Assembly (NCBI GenBank): GCA_039189765.1
Contig: JBCCYL010000012.1
Coordinates: 42,798 to 106,797 of the forward strand
Length of the DNA: 64,000 nt
Origin: Cyanobacteria bacterium P01_F01_bin.150
GTDB taxonomy: Bacteria > Cyanobacteriota > Cyanobacteriia > CAKZMO01
Reading direction: 5' to 3'
The translations under genes were made by a program, and so were the position numbers. Under the pieces are notes generated by a model that did no database searches, was not told where the DNA came from, and saw only the letters and a program-made list of their open reading frames with translations. Below are positions 49,620-59,413 of the stretch, piece after piece (position 1 is the first letter of the stretch; the number at the start of each line of letters is the position of its first letter).

Positions 49620-52102
49620 TTTTCTAAAGCCTCACTCAATACAGCTAATACATTCTGTTCCCCTATGTTAGCCATCGCTTCCCATTCATCATCGGACAAG
49701 CCACCCCCATCAATCTCTAACGGCTCAGCATCTTTGCGGGTGGAACGTTTATGACTTTTGGGCAGAAGATCATTATCCTGGATATATTTCTTGTTCTTGG
49801 GCTTGCCAGTGGCTAACAGCCGGAGAAATGCTTTTACTCTGCCAATCGCCCATGAGTGCTTAGTAAAATCACCGCCCCTATAAGCATCTTCGCCACGCCC
49901 GTACACTTGACGTAATACTGTGACTGACGCCCGTTGCCCTGGCTTGGGGTTTTCCTCATTGTGCTTGGTGGCCATATTCTGCAATTGATCGCCCAAAGCA
50001 TCATCACACCTGCACTCCGCAATATCAGCCATAGCCACTATCTCAACACGTCCGAACGCCCATTGAGGCATGTGGTGTAAATAGAGGTTCTTGGCTTCTA
50101 TTGACGAGCTAACGCCAAAAATATATTTGTACTCATCAAAGTCACCGTCATCCCGTGATAACTGGGCAATGCGATAGATCGGATAATTGGGAGATTCACC
50201 ACCTTGGATGTCTTGCAGAAAATCAGCAGACACATAACAGTCAAGTGCTTCACCGTCTGCACCAATGTGCTTTCTGATGTGGCCATATGCTGCTTTCATC
50301 TTGCGGTTAAAGCGCTTGTCACCTGGCAGGTATTCAAGCCCTAACTCTAGTCCGCGCCATTTAATAATCCTGCGCACATAAGAGTAGTCTTCGCGCTTGT
50401 GCGCCTTCCAAATACGATTGACCCACGCTTTGCCAGGGTCGCCTCCCCATAGCAGCCAGGCTATCTTGCCGTTAGATGGCTTATTCCAATCCTTTCCCTT
50501 TTTGTTGCCTTCATGCCGTGCAAAGAACGACACCATCCGAGCAATAGTTTGGATGGGGATAGATTTACCATTGGAGAGATCACGCGCCCGAGCAATTCCC
50601 ACCTCTGTCCCGCCCCTGCCATGCTCGGACCGTAGATCTAAGCCCCGTTGCGCTGCCCGTTGTACTGCCTGAGGTGGAGTGAACCCATCAGTATCTGATC
50701 GTTCATCATCTTCGATGTCTTCGGGTGAGTCATTCTCATCTAAGTCTATGACTGCTTCCAGTGGCTGCTCAGTGGCGATCGCTCTGCGAAACTCTTCAGC
50801 AGTTATCACCCCTGGGATAGTGGAATAAATTTGATAAGTCTCTGCTGTCGTTTTCTTTCCTTCTCTGCGCTCCTGCTCAGTCTCCTCATATATCGATGGA
50901 TAGCGAACCTCAAACGACACTGGGATGCGCCCCAATTCGAGGGAAGAGAGGATTTTGATTATCCGTTCATCATTGGATAAATGCTTCGTCTTCTGTGCGG
51001 TGGTGTTCATCTCCGCATAGGCTCGGGCTTCCGGTGCGCCACTATCAGCCAGCCCAGCCTTGCCGATAGTGCCCCATAATTTGTAGTAGGGCAGACTAGA
51101 AGCGGCAGTAAGCTCTTCCCTAAATATCTCAAAATTCTCACGCACCCCTGAAAGGTTGCGCCCTTCAAATCCCGTGCCAGACGCCTCTGGATCAGTAATG
51201 AGAATGTTGAAAAGAGATTTTTGCAAGCCAATCTCTTTAACAAGTGCTTTAACCTCAGGTAGCTTCCCCGCTGATATTAATTGAGCCAGATTGTTGATCG
51301 ATACCGTAAGCAATGAGAAGGACTTAAGCGCCTCTTGCACAGACCCTTTAACTTCACCATGAGAAGCAAATACAGTCCACATCGATTGAATGATAGAGTC
51401 TGCTAAAGCGTCACCCACCTGCTGATCATAAGGGTGAATCTTATTGCCAAAGTATGGCAGGACTCGGGATTCATGAATAAGTTGCCCTGAGTTGGCCTCT
51501 AGTTGATTCTGACGATCATAGATTAACTGATAAAATTCAGGGTCAGAGCGGTTAAAATCTTGGTGGGATGGCCTGATAGAGTAGCAATCCAACACTGCTA
51601 TCCCGTCCAAAGAATTAATTTCAGTCAACGGCTCTTGTGGATCTTCATCTCCATTAACCCGCAACACAATATAAGCTGCACCAAATTGGCGCGCCCATCG
51701 CTCTGCATCCTCTTTGGCCTGGTCAAAGCCATATGACGATTTACGACTGAATGGCGACACATCCTGCAAAGGCGATCGCCACCGAGCCATCACTTTGTCA
51801 GCGTCATCCTCGTCGCCATCCTTAATTACCAGCTCAATCGACTTCTTTGTCATATCGAGTGCTGGGAGGTCACATACCCTGCGCAACAACCAGCTAGAGC
51901 GATACAACCATCTTAATTCTTGCTCATGCAAAAGAAACGGAGCACCAGCACGAACATTTGTAGAGCTATCCCTGGATGTGCCAAAACCTGTATGGGAGTT
52001 ATACAAAAGGCTTGTCTCTATTGTGTTGGAAAGGAATCCGTCATTCCGCACAACCAACAATCCACTATCTAGAGTCTCTATGCGCTGATTATTGCTGGTC
52101 AT
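49616..52102 (-). CDS. Portal protein (DUF1073 type) with three C-terminal accessory domains
   Basis: LYRSSWLLRRVCDLPALDMT, WARQFGAAYI, IHESRV, LPYYKLWG; follows the large terminase. Confidence 0.9.
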   Translation of the reverse strand: MTSNNQRIETLDSGLLVVRNDGFLSNTIETSLLYNSHTGFGTSRDSSTNVRAGAPFLLHEQELRWLYRSSWLLRRVCDLPALDMTKKSIELVIKDGDEDDADKVMARWRSPLQDVSPFSRKSSYGFDQAKEDAERWARQFGAAYIVLRVNGDEDPQEPLTEINSLDGIAVLDCYSIRPSHQDFNRSDPEFYQLIYDRQNQLEANSGQLIHESRVLPYFGNKIHPYDQQVGDALADSIIQSMWTVFASHGEVKGSVQEALKSFSLLTVSINNLAQLISAGKLPEVKALVKEIGLQKSLFNILITDPEASGTGFEGRNLSGVRENFEIFREELTAASSLPYYKLWGTIGKAGLADSGAPEARAYAEMNTTAQKTKHLSNDERIIKILSSLELGRIPVSFEVRYPSIYEETEQERREGKKTTAETYQIYSTIPGVITAEEFRRAIATEQPLEAVIDLDENDSPEDIEDDERSDTDGFTPPQAVQRAAQRGLDLRSEHGRGGTEVGIARARDLSNGKSIPIQTIARMVSFFARHEGNKKGKDWNKPSNGKIAWLLWGGDPGKAWVNRIWKAHKREDYSYVRRIIKWRGLELGLEYLPGDKRFNRKMKAAYGHIRKHIGADGEALDCYVSADFLQDIQGGESPNYPIYRIAQLSRDDGDFDEYKYIFGVSSSIEAKNLYLHHMPQWAFGRVEIVAMADIAECRCDDALGDQLQNMATKHNEENPKPGQRASVTVLRQVYGRGEDAYRGGDFTKHSWAIGRVKAFLRLLATGKPKNKKYIQDNDLLPKSHKRSTRKDAEPLEIDGGGLSDDEWEAMANIGEQNVLAVLSEALEK

Positions 52103-52144
52103 GGCAATTCCGTGAGCTTGTTAAAATATTCCCTTGAAGATGGA

Positions 52145-53608
52145 TTAGCCAGTAAGAGCCAATATGCGATCAACTGCACCGCTAAGCTCATCATCCTTAG
52201 AGCGAAACCATCGCAAAAACTGCGATGTTGAGTCAATGGGGTCCATAATAGCGACCGCTGGAAAGTCGAATAGCAACTTTTCATAATCTGCCAACCAATC
52301 AGCCTTCTCTGGCAACATAGCTCGTCCACCCTCAAAAGCAGCAGATTCCACCACCATTCGCGTGATCTTGTCACCCTCAGGCTGTATCTCTACATCGTTG
52401 TATCGATAGTCATAGTCTCTACGATGCTCTTGCAATAAAGATTGCCCAGTACTTTTATCCTCAATCAGCACATACAACGGTTGCCATTTATCCGCTAATG
52501 CTTGTACCTGATGTTTCCCGTCTGGGTATTCGTATCGGTGAGTATGAACATCCAGTAGGTAAGCGATCGCACCCTTAACCCCCCAAGTAGTGCAACACCA
52601 TGGGCAGTTCAAGTCCTTGGCCTTTGATGCTGTATCCCACGATTGGACAAGATAATCAAATAATGGCGGCTCAGAATATCGCTGTATCCACTTTCGCTTG
52701 ATTTTACCGCCCTCTAGTGGTGAAGGTCTTTGCTGGTAAAGTGCTTCCCAAAAATAGGAGCCGATTTTTCCGCATATCTTTTTAAGCCTAGACAATGACA
52801 ACCTGACTGGGTTAAGCGGCTCACCTACTTTTCTCCAGTCCGGTTCTAGCGTGCATGTATCAGGGATAACAGGTTCAGACTCGGTTTTAATAGCCTCCAA
52901 TGAGACAATATGCCAGTTCTCCGGCTCCTCTTTTTCATTCTCCAGTAGCCAGCCTGACAAATCATCTTGATGCCATCGCGTCTGTACAATAACGATAGCT
53001 GCATCTTCTTCTGCCCGAGTGTAGAACGTTGAGAGATACCAGTCCTTTTGCTTATCTCGAATCGTTGAACTATTAGCTTCTTCAGCATTTTTTAGGGGGT
53101 CATCAATGATACCCAACGAGAACCCTTTGCCAGTGATCGGCCCTCCTACTCCTGCTGCCCAGTAACCACCTTTCTTAGTAGTTTCCCAATTGTCTACAGC
53201 CCTGGACTCTTCGGACAAAGGGCCACCCATATCCCTAAAATTAGCTCTAGCAGATCGACTAAATCCATAAGCCAAACTGGCAGCATAGCTATTGATGCCG
53301 ACCCATTTCTCTGGATACCGATAAAGATAGTATGCAGAGAACAAACGGCTAATCAACTCAGATTTCCCATGCCTAGGAGGAAGAAAACACATTACTCTAA
53401 GAAGCTCTCCGTCAGCCACCCGTTGCAGCACAACAACAAGGCGATCGCTCATTGTTGACCACTTATATTTTGGGTTTACTTTGTTAATAAACTCCCTGAA
53501 GGTTAAACAGCGATCTTTTCTTTTGGGTTTAGGCGTTGCCCTCTGACGCTCACGAAAACGGATCGTGGGAACATGAACGGGCATTGTCGCGACACTACTC
53601 GTTATCAT
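52145..53608 (-). CDS. terL: Terminase large subunit
   Basis: PPRHGKSEL (Walker A), ITGKG...IIDDP, QTRWH, LYQQRP, QSWDTA, IEDKSTG. Confidence 0.96.
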   Translation of the reverse strand: MITSSVATMPVHVPTIRFRERQRATPKPKRKDRCLTFREFINKVNPKYKWSTMSDRLVVVLQRVADGELLRVMCFLPPRHGKSELISRLFSAYYLYRYPEKWVGINSYAASLAYGFSRSARANFRDMGGPLSEESRAVDNWETTKKGGYWAAGVGGPITGKGFSLGIIDDPLKNAEEANSSTIRDKQKDWYLSTFYTRAEEDAAIVIVQTRWHQDDLSGWLLENEKEEPENWHIVSLEAIKTESEPVIPDTCTLEPDWRKVGEPLNPVRLSLSRLKKICGKIGSYFWEALYQQRPSPLEGGKIKRKWIQRYSEPPLFDYLVQSWDTASKAKDLNCPWCCTTWGVKGAIAYLLDVHTHRYEYPDGKHQVQALADKWQPLYVLIEDKSTGQSLLQEHRRDYDYRYNDVEIQPEGDKITRMVVESAAFEGGRAMLPEKADWLADYEKLLFDFPAVAIMDPIDSTSQFLRWFRSKDDELSGAVDRILALTG

Positions 53609-54128
53609 CAGCTTCTATTGGCACTAGCTTATATCCATACTTTTCAGCAGTAGCCCCTGCAATATTAAGGTCACTTAGTAAGCCCATATGCTTCATGAGA
53701 AGTTCTAAAGCTTTGGTTTTATTGTGCATCTTTACGTCAGTGTCAAAGACTTCTCTATCTTCTGAGATAATCTGACGAATTTTTATTGAATCGACGCCCG
53801 CTTTCTCTGCTTCGTCCCACTGGTCAGAGTCTTTAATTTCAACGACAGAATTTTTTACTGTTGCAATATTCGATTTTCGAGCAAACGCAATATAGGCGAC
53901 TTCCTGAATCACTCTGTCGGCTGTAATTTCAGTGCGCTCTTGCTGTGCTGCTCTTAGTTCTTGAATATATTCTTCGATGTCAGCATTTGTCAGCATCCGA
54001 TTGGCATTTGTCGTAGCGGTAGAACCTTTGCCTTTATACCCAGCACGAAAATATGCCTGGGTAGCATTTAAGTCGATTAGATACTCTTCACAAAACCTTT
54101 TCTGCTTTGGCGTCAAGTTTTTCGCCAT
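53595..54128 (-). CDS. terS: Terminase small subunit
   Basis: LTPKQKRFCEEYLIDLNATQAYFRAGY...KTKALELLMKHMG. Confidence 0.95.
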   Translation of the reverse strand: MAKNLTPKQKRFCEEYLIDLNATQAYFRAGYKGKGSTATTNANRMLTNADIEEYIQELRAAQQERTEITADRVIQEVAYIAFARKSNIATVKNSVVEIKDSDQWDEAEKAGVDSIKIRQIISEDREVFDTDVKMHNKTKALELLMKHMGLLSDLNIAGATAEKYGYKLVPIEADDNE

Positions 54129-54146
54129 TTTTACCTGAAAGATTCC

Positions 54147-54900
54147 CTAGTCATAAACCTCAGCATAACCATTCACCACTAGCCACTCATTGCAGTTCAC
54201 ATCATCCTCATTCCACACCGTAGCCAGCCACCGCCCGTACTTGCCCTTCCCGTGAGTCTCAATACCAATGGGACGATCGCCTATCAGCTTCCAACTGAAA
54301 AACCGACTTCTTTAGTCATCTCTCCAATGGTTCTCTAGGCCCGGGAGAAGAGTAAAGAAATCGGTTTGAAGTTGGGTTCAAATTACCAGTGAGGTAGCAC
54401 TCAATGAATTTTTGCCCAGATAACGGAACCCCCGAAGGAGTTTCGCGTGATACTTAATTACAATCTATCCCACCAGATCGAAGAAAGCAATATTTTCGTT
54501 ACATTCGCTCAAACGTCCACCCCTAGGACGTTTAGCGCGACGGCTCTCCTTAAAAAACTACTGAAAGACGCCCCAGGACAGGGTTTAGAAGAGCTTTTCA
54601 ATAGCGATCAGAGCGCTAATCCATACTCACTTCGCCTTACAAGTGACATTGTAGCACAAACACTACAAAACTCTCTACCTTACTGGAGACTTTTCCGCCC
54701 TTCCACGCCTCAATGAGCTTATTCCGTGAATCAATCCCCTTCAGGCGCTCCGGCCCTCTCAATTCAGGAGTGTTGATACCAATAAGTCGAAGCTTTATAG
54801 ATTTCTGCCACGTGTGAAAACCCAGGTCAACATCAACGGTAATAGTGTCACCGTCGTAGATCTTGGTAGCGATCGCTCTATATCGGTAAGCGGGAGTCAT
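54147..54900 (-). pseudogene. Thermonuclease (SNase) gene split by a 421-bp insertion
   Basis: The 5' part (54900-54709) has YDGDT and RLIGINTPE. The 3' part (54287-54147) has GKYGRWLA and NEWLVVNGYA. Joined in frame they give 110 aa reading ...RNKLIE|LIGDRPI... Confidence 0.88.
54288..54710. mobile_element. Non-autonomous structured insertion bounded by a CT dinucleotide at both ends
   Basis: Removing it restores the nuclease ORF. It contains several hairpins and no transposase. Confidence 0.75.
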
Positions 54901-55154
54901 TGCGATTGCCTCTCAGAAATGCCGTTACCAAAAACTTTTGAAGTTTTGAAAAGCAATTCACCACAGACTAAGGCAAAGAATACTCCCGCAAAGAATGCAA
55001 ACCAGTGGTCCGGAGGTGTGGCTATCAAAGGAATAACGTTTGCACAAATCAACATAAATGCACCAAATGTTTTAATTGCCAGCCAAACTCTTTCGGTAGC
55101 ATTATCCGAGCAATCATCCAGAAAACTAAGATAGCTGTCAACAAGTTTACTCAT
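54897..55154 (-). CDS. Small two-TM membrane protein
   Basis: Two hydrophobic segments; ATGA-coupled to the nuclease gene. Confidence 0.55.
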   Translation of the reverse strand: MSKLVDSYLSFLDDCSDNATERVWLAIKTFGAFMLICANVIPLIATPPDHWFAFFAGVFFALVCGELLFKTSKVFGNGISERQSQ

Positions 55155-55188
55155 GGGAATAGTCCGAACATCTATATTGGCTATTCTA

Positions 55189-56406
55189 ATGGCTCATCGC
55201 TTAGATAACGGCAGAATCAATAATTGGCAAAAGTTGGATGATGGACGGCTCCGTGTGATGGCGTCTGTTTCTCGTGTTGGCGATCTAGAGTACCGACTAC
55301 CCAATGGGGAAAGGCAGATAGAGTCGCTAACCGCTGAAGAACTGTTCAATGCTGATTCACTTGATACCGCTGCTACTGCCCCTGTCACGCTTACGCACCC
55401 TCCTGAATTCGTGACACCTAAGACGTGGAAGAAATACAACGTAGGGGCTACAGGATCTCAAGTCTTTGCAAAGCAAGACGAGGGGCTAGTAGACATTGTG
55501 TTCGTGGTAGGCGATGAAGAAGCTATTAAAGCAGTGGAAGAAGACGGAATACGAGAAGTTAGTGCCGGATACACCACTGAGCTAAAAGCCGATGGCGAAA
55601 AAATCTATCAAACCAATCGCAGATACAACCATTTTGCTTTAGTACCGAAAGGGCGCGCAGGCGAAACAGTTGCTCTGCACATGGACTCGTGCGAGGAGCT
55701 AGCAGTCCAAATCACAAATGTTGACTCTGACATACACGAGAAAAACGAAATGAAAAAATATAATGGGCATGAGGTCAGCGATGCTGTCTACGACATGCTC
55801 AAAGATATGGCTGAACAGCTTGACATGGCCAAGAAGGACATGGGCAAGAAAGATGCAACCATTGATTCCTTGAAAACTGACGCATCAGACGCCCAAAGCT
55901 ATCGCGACAAGTACGCTGCTGCCCAAGCAAAAGTTGACTCCCTTGAAGCTGAGAACGCTACGCTACGTAGTGACCTCGACGGCAAAATGGACGCATCTGA
56001 AGTAGCAAAAGAGATCGAGAGCCGACAAACTGCTTGGTCTGCTGCGCTTCCATTCCTGGGTAGTGAAGCGAAATTAGACGCATCTGATGATGTGCTAGCT
56101 ATCCAGCTTAAAGCCATTAAAGCGGTCAATCCAGAAACCAAGCTAGATGAATTAGCTACCAAATGGGGCGACTCTTTTCCTGTCTATGTACAAGCCACTT
56201 TTGATGGCTTGAAAGTACCAACCGTAGAAGCTAAGCCTGCATCGTTAAAAACCGATGCATATGCTGAAGCAATCGCTAAAGCCACTGTAGGCGGCGATCG
56301 CTCTGGAGCTTCTATGCAATCAGCCAAAACAGACGAAGCCGAAAAGCAACGTCTCGATGACATGGCAACTCTTGAGAATATGTACCGTTCCGGGAGGGCT
56401 GCATAA
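55189..56406 (+). CDS. Prohead protease/scaffold (DUF2213 type)
   Basis: APVTLTHP, EVSAGY, NHFALVPKGRAG; coiled-coil scaffold C-terminus. Confidence 0.92.
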   Translation: MAHRLDNGRINNWQKLDDGRLRVMASVSRVGDLEYRLPNGERQIESLTAEELFNADSLDTAATAPVTLTHPPEFVTPKTWKKYNVGATGSQVFAKQDEGLVDIVFVVGDEEAIKAVEEDGIREVSAGYTTELKADGEKIYQTNRRYNHFALVPKGRAGETVALHMDSCEELAVQITNVDSDIHEKNEMKKYNGHEVSDAVYDMLKDMAEQLDMAKKDMGKKDATIDSLKTDASDAQSYRDKYAAAQAKVDSLEAENATLRSDLDGKMDASEVAKEIESRQTAWSAALPFLGSEAKLDASDDVLAIQLKAIKAVNPETKLDELATKWGDSFPVYVQATFDGLKVPTVEAKPASLKTDAYAEAIAKATVGGDRSGASMQSAKTDEAEKQRLDDMATLENMYRSGRAA

Positions 56407-56957
56407 TGGCAATTACCAATTACTCCGACGTTCAGTCTGGTGATCTGATTGTTGGGCAAGTCTATTCTGACGAGGCCAATACGGTTATCCGCTCTGGGTT
56501 TAACTCCGAAGCCTCCACCATTCTACCTGCTGGATTTGCTTATTGCCGTGCTGCTGCATCTGTAGGCGAAGAATCACGCTTAGGCATTCCCCTTATCCTG
56601 CCCGTAGACGCAAACAGCGTCTTTACTGGGATTGGGTTTATTCCTCGTGGGCTAGAGAAACGTGATGGTTATTCGCTAGACGCTGATGACCGCTTTGGCT
56701 ACCCAGTTGACTACGAAGTTTCTTATGTAGTCAAAGGCATCATTGCTGTCGAAGTTGACGACACCGTTGCTTACGGCGATCCTGTTTTCTGGCGTCACAC
56801 AGCCACAGGTGACGAGCGTGCCGGAATGTTCCGCATGGATGCAGATACATCCGATGCTGTCCAGATTGGCGGCGTAGACACCTGCAAATTTGTTAGCGAT
56901 GTCGCCGGGACCGCTGCGGCTCCTGCGATCGCTCTAGTTTCCATCAATATTGCATAA
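56406..56957 (+). CDS. Capsid decoration/cement protein
   Basis: Lies between scaffold and major capsid; KGIIAVEV...GDPVF. Confidence 0.75.
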   Translation: MAITNYSDVQSGDLIVGQVYSDEANTVIRSGFNSEASTILPAGFAYCRAAASVGEESRLGIPLILPVDANSVFTGIGFIPRGLEKRDGYSLDADDRFGYPVDYEVSYVVKGIIAVEVDDTVAYGDPVFWRHTATGDERAGMFRMDADTSDAVQIGGVDTCKFVSDVAGTAAAPAIALVSINIA

Positions 56958-56970
56958 GGAGGATTCCACT

Positions 56971-57936
56971 ATGACTATTGGTGGAGAATATTTACACCGC
57001 GCATTACAACAAAAACTGCCCAAGGTTTTGATGGCTAAGCGCAAAAAGCTACTTTTTGAGAACGGGGTACTCATCCCCACCGACCCTAGCCTGGTTCCTG
57101 GTGCCCGTGAAGTTGTTCAGGACCAAATCTCTGAGCACGGAGAGGCTGCTCTCATGAGCACTGACGCAAGTGATATTCCACTAGTAGAAATCACTGCATC
57201 GGAAAACAATTACCGTGTAGCCAAAGCAATGGCGGGATTCTCTATCTCATACGATGAAGAGCAAGCTGCTGCCATCGCCGCGACAAATGGCGTAACTTAC
57301 AACGTGCGCAACACAAAGCAGACCACAGCAGCCCGAGTGATCGGCGAGAGATTAAACGATTTCGCAGCATATGGTTCAACCAATCTAAACGTAACGGGAT
57401 TGGTTAATGACGGCAACGTCACCTTAACTGATAGCAGCTTTGATCCGTACGACGCTAATTCATCCGCTGAGGATATTGCCGACTTCATCCTGGAAGAGTT
57501 AACAGCGATCGCCACTGCGACAAACAACGTCGAAGATCCGACCGACCTCATTGTTGATACTGAATTCTGGGGCTTGATTCGTCGTCGGACGATGAAAGAT
57601 TCTGCAACTCCTGTCCTCGATTTTATTAAAGCGCGGCTTGAAGAGAGCGAAGTCCCCAATGGGATTCAGAATATCTATCCACGGCCTGAGCTTTTGAGCA
57701 CAAATCTAGAAGCAAAAGGAGTACAATCTGCTGGCACTAACAAGAGCCGCTTTGTCCTATATGCACGGGATGAGGAACTAGTCTGTCGCTACAACCGCAT
57801 CACTGAGATGCTGCCCTTTGAGTTTACTGAGGTTCGCAATGGCCGCAGACTTTATTTGATGCAGGGATGCAGTACAGAAACTATCGTCAAATATCCAGGC
57901 TCAATGCGTTATGTTGATGCTCCCAAAAAATCATAG
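56971..57936 (+). CDS. Major capsid protein (DUF2184 type, HK97 fold)
   Basis: SDIPLV, AAYGS...VTGLVND, VKYPGSMRYVD; AAGGAGG RBS. Confidence 0.88.
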   Translation: MTIGGEYLHRALQQKLPKVLMAKRKKLLFENGVLIPTDPSLVPGAREVVQDQISEHGEAALMSTDASDIPLVEITASENNYRVAKAMAGFSISYDEEQAAAIAATNGVTYNVRNTKQTTAARVIGERLNDFAAYGSTNLNVTGLVNDGNVTLTDSSFDPYDANSSAEDIADFILEELTAIATATNNVEDPTDLIVDTEFWGLIRRRTMKDSATPVLDFIKARLEESEVPNGIQNIYPRPELLSTNLEAKGVQSAGTNKSRFVLYARDEELVCRYNRITEMLPFEFTEVRNGRRLYLMQGCSTETIVKYPGSMRYVDAPKKS

Positions 57937-57947
57937 GTAGGTAAACA

Positions 57948-58334
57948 TTGAAAACTGTAATTTACAATCCAAAAAAGGGAGGTATCCGCCTCCCTCGTTA
58001 CTTAAATTTAACGACCCTTAAAGAGAGGATCGAGTTAGTTAGCGGAGCCAATCATTTAGACGATAGCGAGGTAAAAATCCTGCAAGCTCACGATGCTTAC
58101 CATCGCCACTCACAAACAGGGGTTTTAACAATCGTTGCTCCCGAAGTGTCTACGAATGCCGAGGATGGGGCACCATCTGACCTAAAAGCTTACAGCGTAA
58201 ATGACGCTGAAGAGATTATTGGCAAAGAGTCAGACACTGAAATCCTCGCCATATGGCGCAAACGAGATACCCGCAAAGGAATCTTTGAAGCCATCGACAA
58301 AAGAGTTGCAGACCTTAAAGCAGGTGCTCGATAA
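57948..58334 (+). CDS. Small head-associated protein
   Basis: Follows the major capsid; DTRKGIFEAIDKR C-terminal motif. Confidence 0.6.
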   Translation: MKTVIYNPKKGGIRLPRYLNLTTLKERIELVSGANHLDDSEVKILQAHDAYHRHSQTGVLTIVAPEVSTNAEDGAPSDLKAYSVNDAEEIIGKESDTEILAIWRKRDTRKGIFEAIDKRVADLKAGAR

Positions 58335-58708
58335 TGGCGTTTGACGTATCAGATTTTCGATTGGATTTTCCCCAGTTTGCTGATCCGTCAGTGTATTCAG
58401 ATGCTCAACTAATTCGAGCATCTGAACGTGCCGCTCTCAGAGTTGACGAAACAGTCTGGGGAGATCTTTACGACGAAGGGATATCATATCTAGCGGCCTA
58501 CCTACTGTCCGACGCAGAAATATCACGTCAATCTAGCGGAAACTCTGTCGGCGGGATGAGGTCGGCTTCAATTGCCGGAGAAGTTTCGGTAAGCTTTTCC
58601 GACAACAGCTCAGCATCATCTAGCTCTAGCAACTTAAGCACTAATCGCTATGGGCAAGAATTTCTAGAACTTCAGCAACAGGTCGTAATCCCTGTCAGAG
58701 TAATTTGA
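58334..58708 (+). CDS. Head-tail adaptor (DUF4054-like)
   Basis: FRLDFPQFAD...SASIAGEVSVSF...TNRYGQEF. Confidence 0.85.
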   Translation: MAFDVSDFRLDFPQFADPSVYSDAQLIRASERAALRVDETVWGDLYDEGISYLAAYLLSDAEISRQSSGNSVGGMRSASIAGEVSVSFSDNSSASSSSSNLSTNRYGQEFLELQQQVVIPVRVI

Positions 58709-58854
58709 GAGTAAATATTAAATAGGCGACGGAGATACGCGCACTGACTCCGCCTCAACAGACCCAGGATTCCCAGTGATCTTATGCCCCCACAAATGAT
58801 TACCCGATTCAGTGTAAGTATATGAAACCTCGTACTTTCCAAGGGTTAGCCTAA

Positions 58855-59190
58855 TCACCTCCGAATCCGTGGGGTAAGTATATTCGTGAGTAGTTGTCGG
58901 AGTTTTAATAAAAATAACAAGCGTTCCTGAAGGAGGGTCGGACGCCTATGCACAATGGGCTGCGTACCGTCACTTTCCACAACGATAGGCGTCACGCCAT
59001 CAAAAATATGGTTAGAGGTTTCCAGTCTTAACGAACCATCAATGCATTCACCATCATTGGCAACGGTAATAGGGGCGAGGAACCCATCATTCTGCATGGA
59101 GTGTTCCAGCATGCCTTGACCTCGCTGCGAGTGGTCGTTAGCATTCTGCTGTTGTGGGATGAACCTGGGTTCTTTAGGAGCTTTCGCCAT
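58855..59190 (-). pseudogene. ParB-like N-terminal domain gene, probably truncated or frameshifted
   Basis: NANDHSQRG...SMQNDGFLAPITV...IDGSLRLE, followed by an atypical short tail. Confidence 0.5.
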
Positions 59191-59413
59191 GGGAATTGTT
59201 TCTAAGAAATATTCCCTTATCTCCGCTATGAGGTTTAATGCACACTGATTGCCTAGCACTACGGGCCATATTCAATGCTCGCATGTCATGGGGTATAGTC
59301 ACTTGGATTGGCGACAGCGGCACAGCAAAATATTCGTGTACTAATTACCAGTAAAACACATTTACTGGATTGTCATAACATATAATGGACGAATAATACA
59401 AAAAGACTGCCAA

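Noticed and set aside
54288..54710. Group I or group II intron as the identity of the nuclease insertion
   Set aside because: No GUGYG start, AY end or well-formed domain V (GAGCCG is not followed by the expected helix), and no convincing group I P7 elements. An unusual intron is not fully excluded.
54447..54716. 89-aa ORF inside the insertion
   Set aside because: No RBS or recognisable motif, it crosses the element boundary, and it overlaps strong RNA stems.
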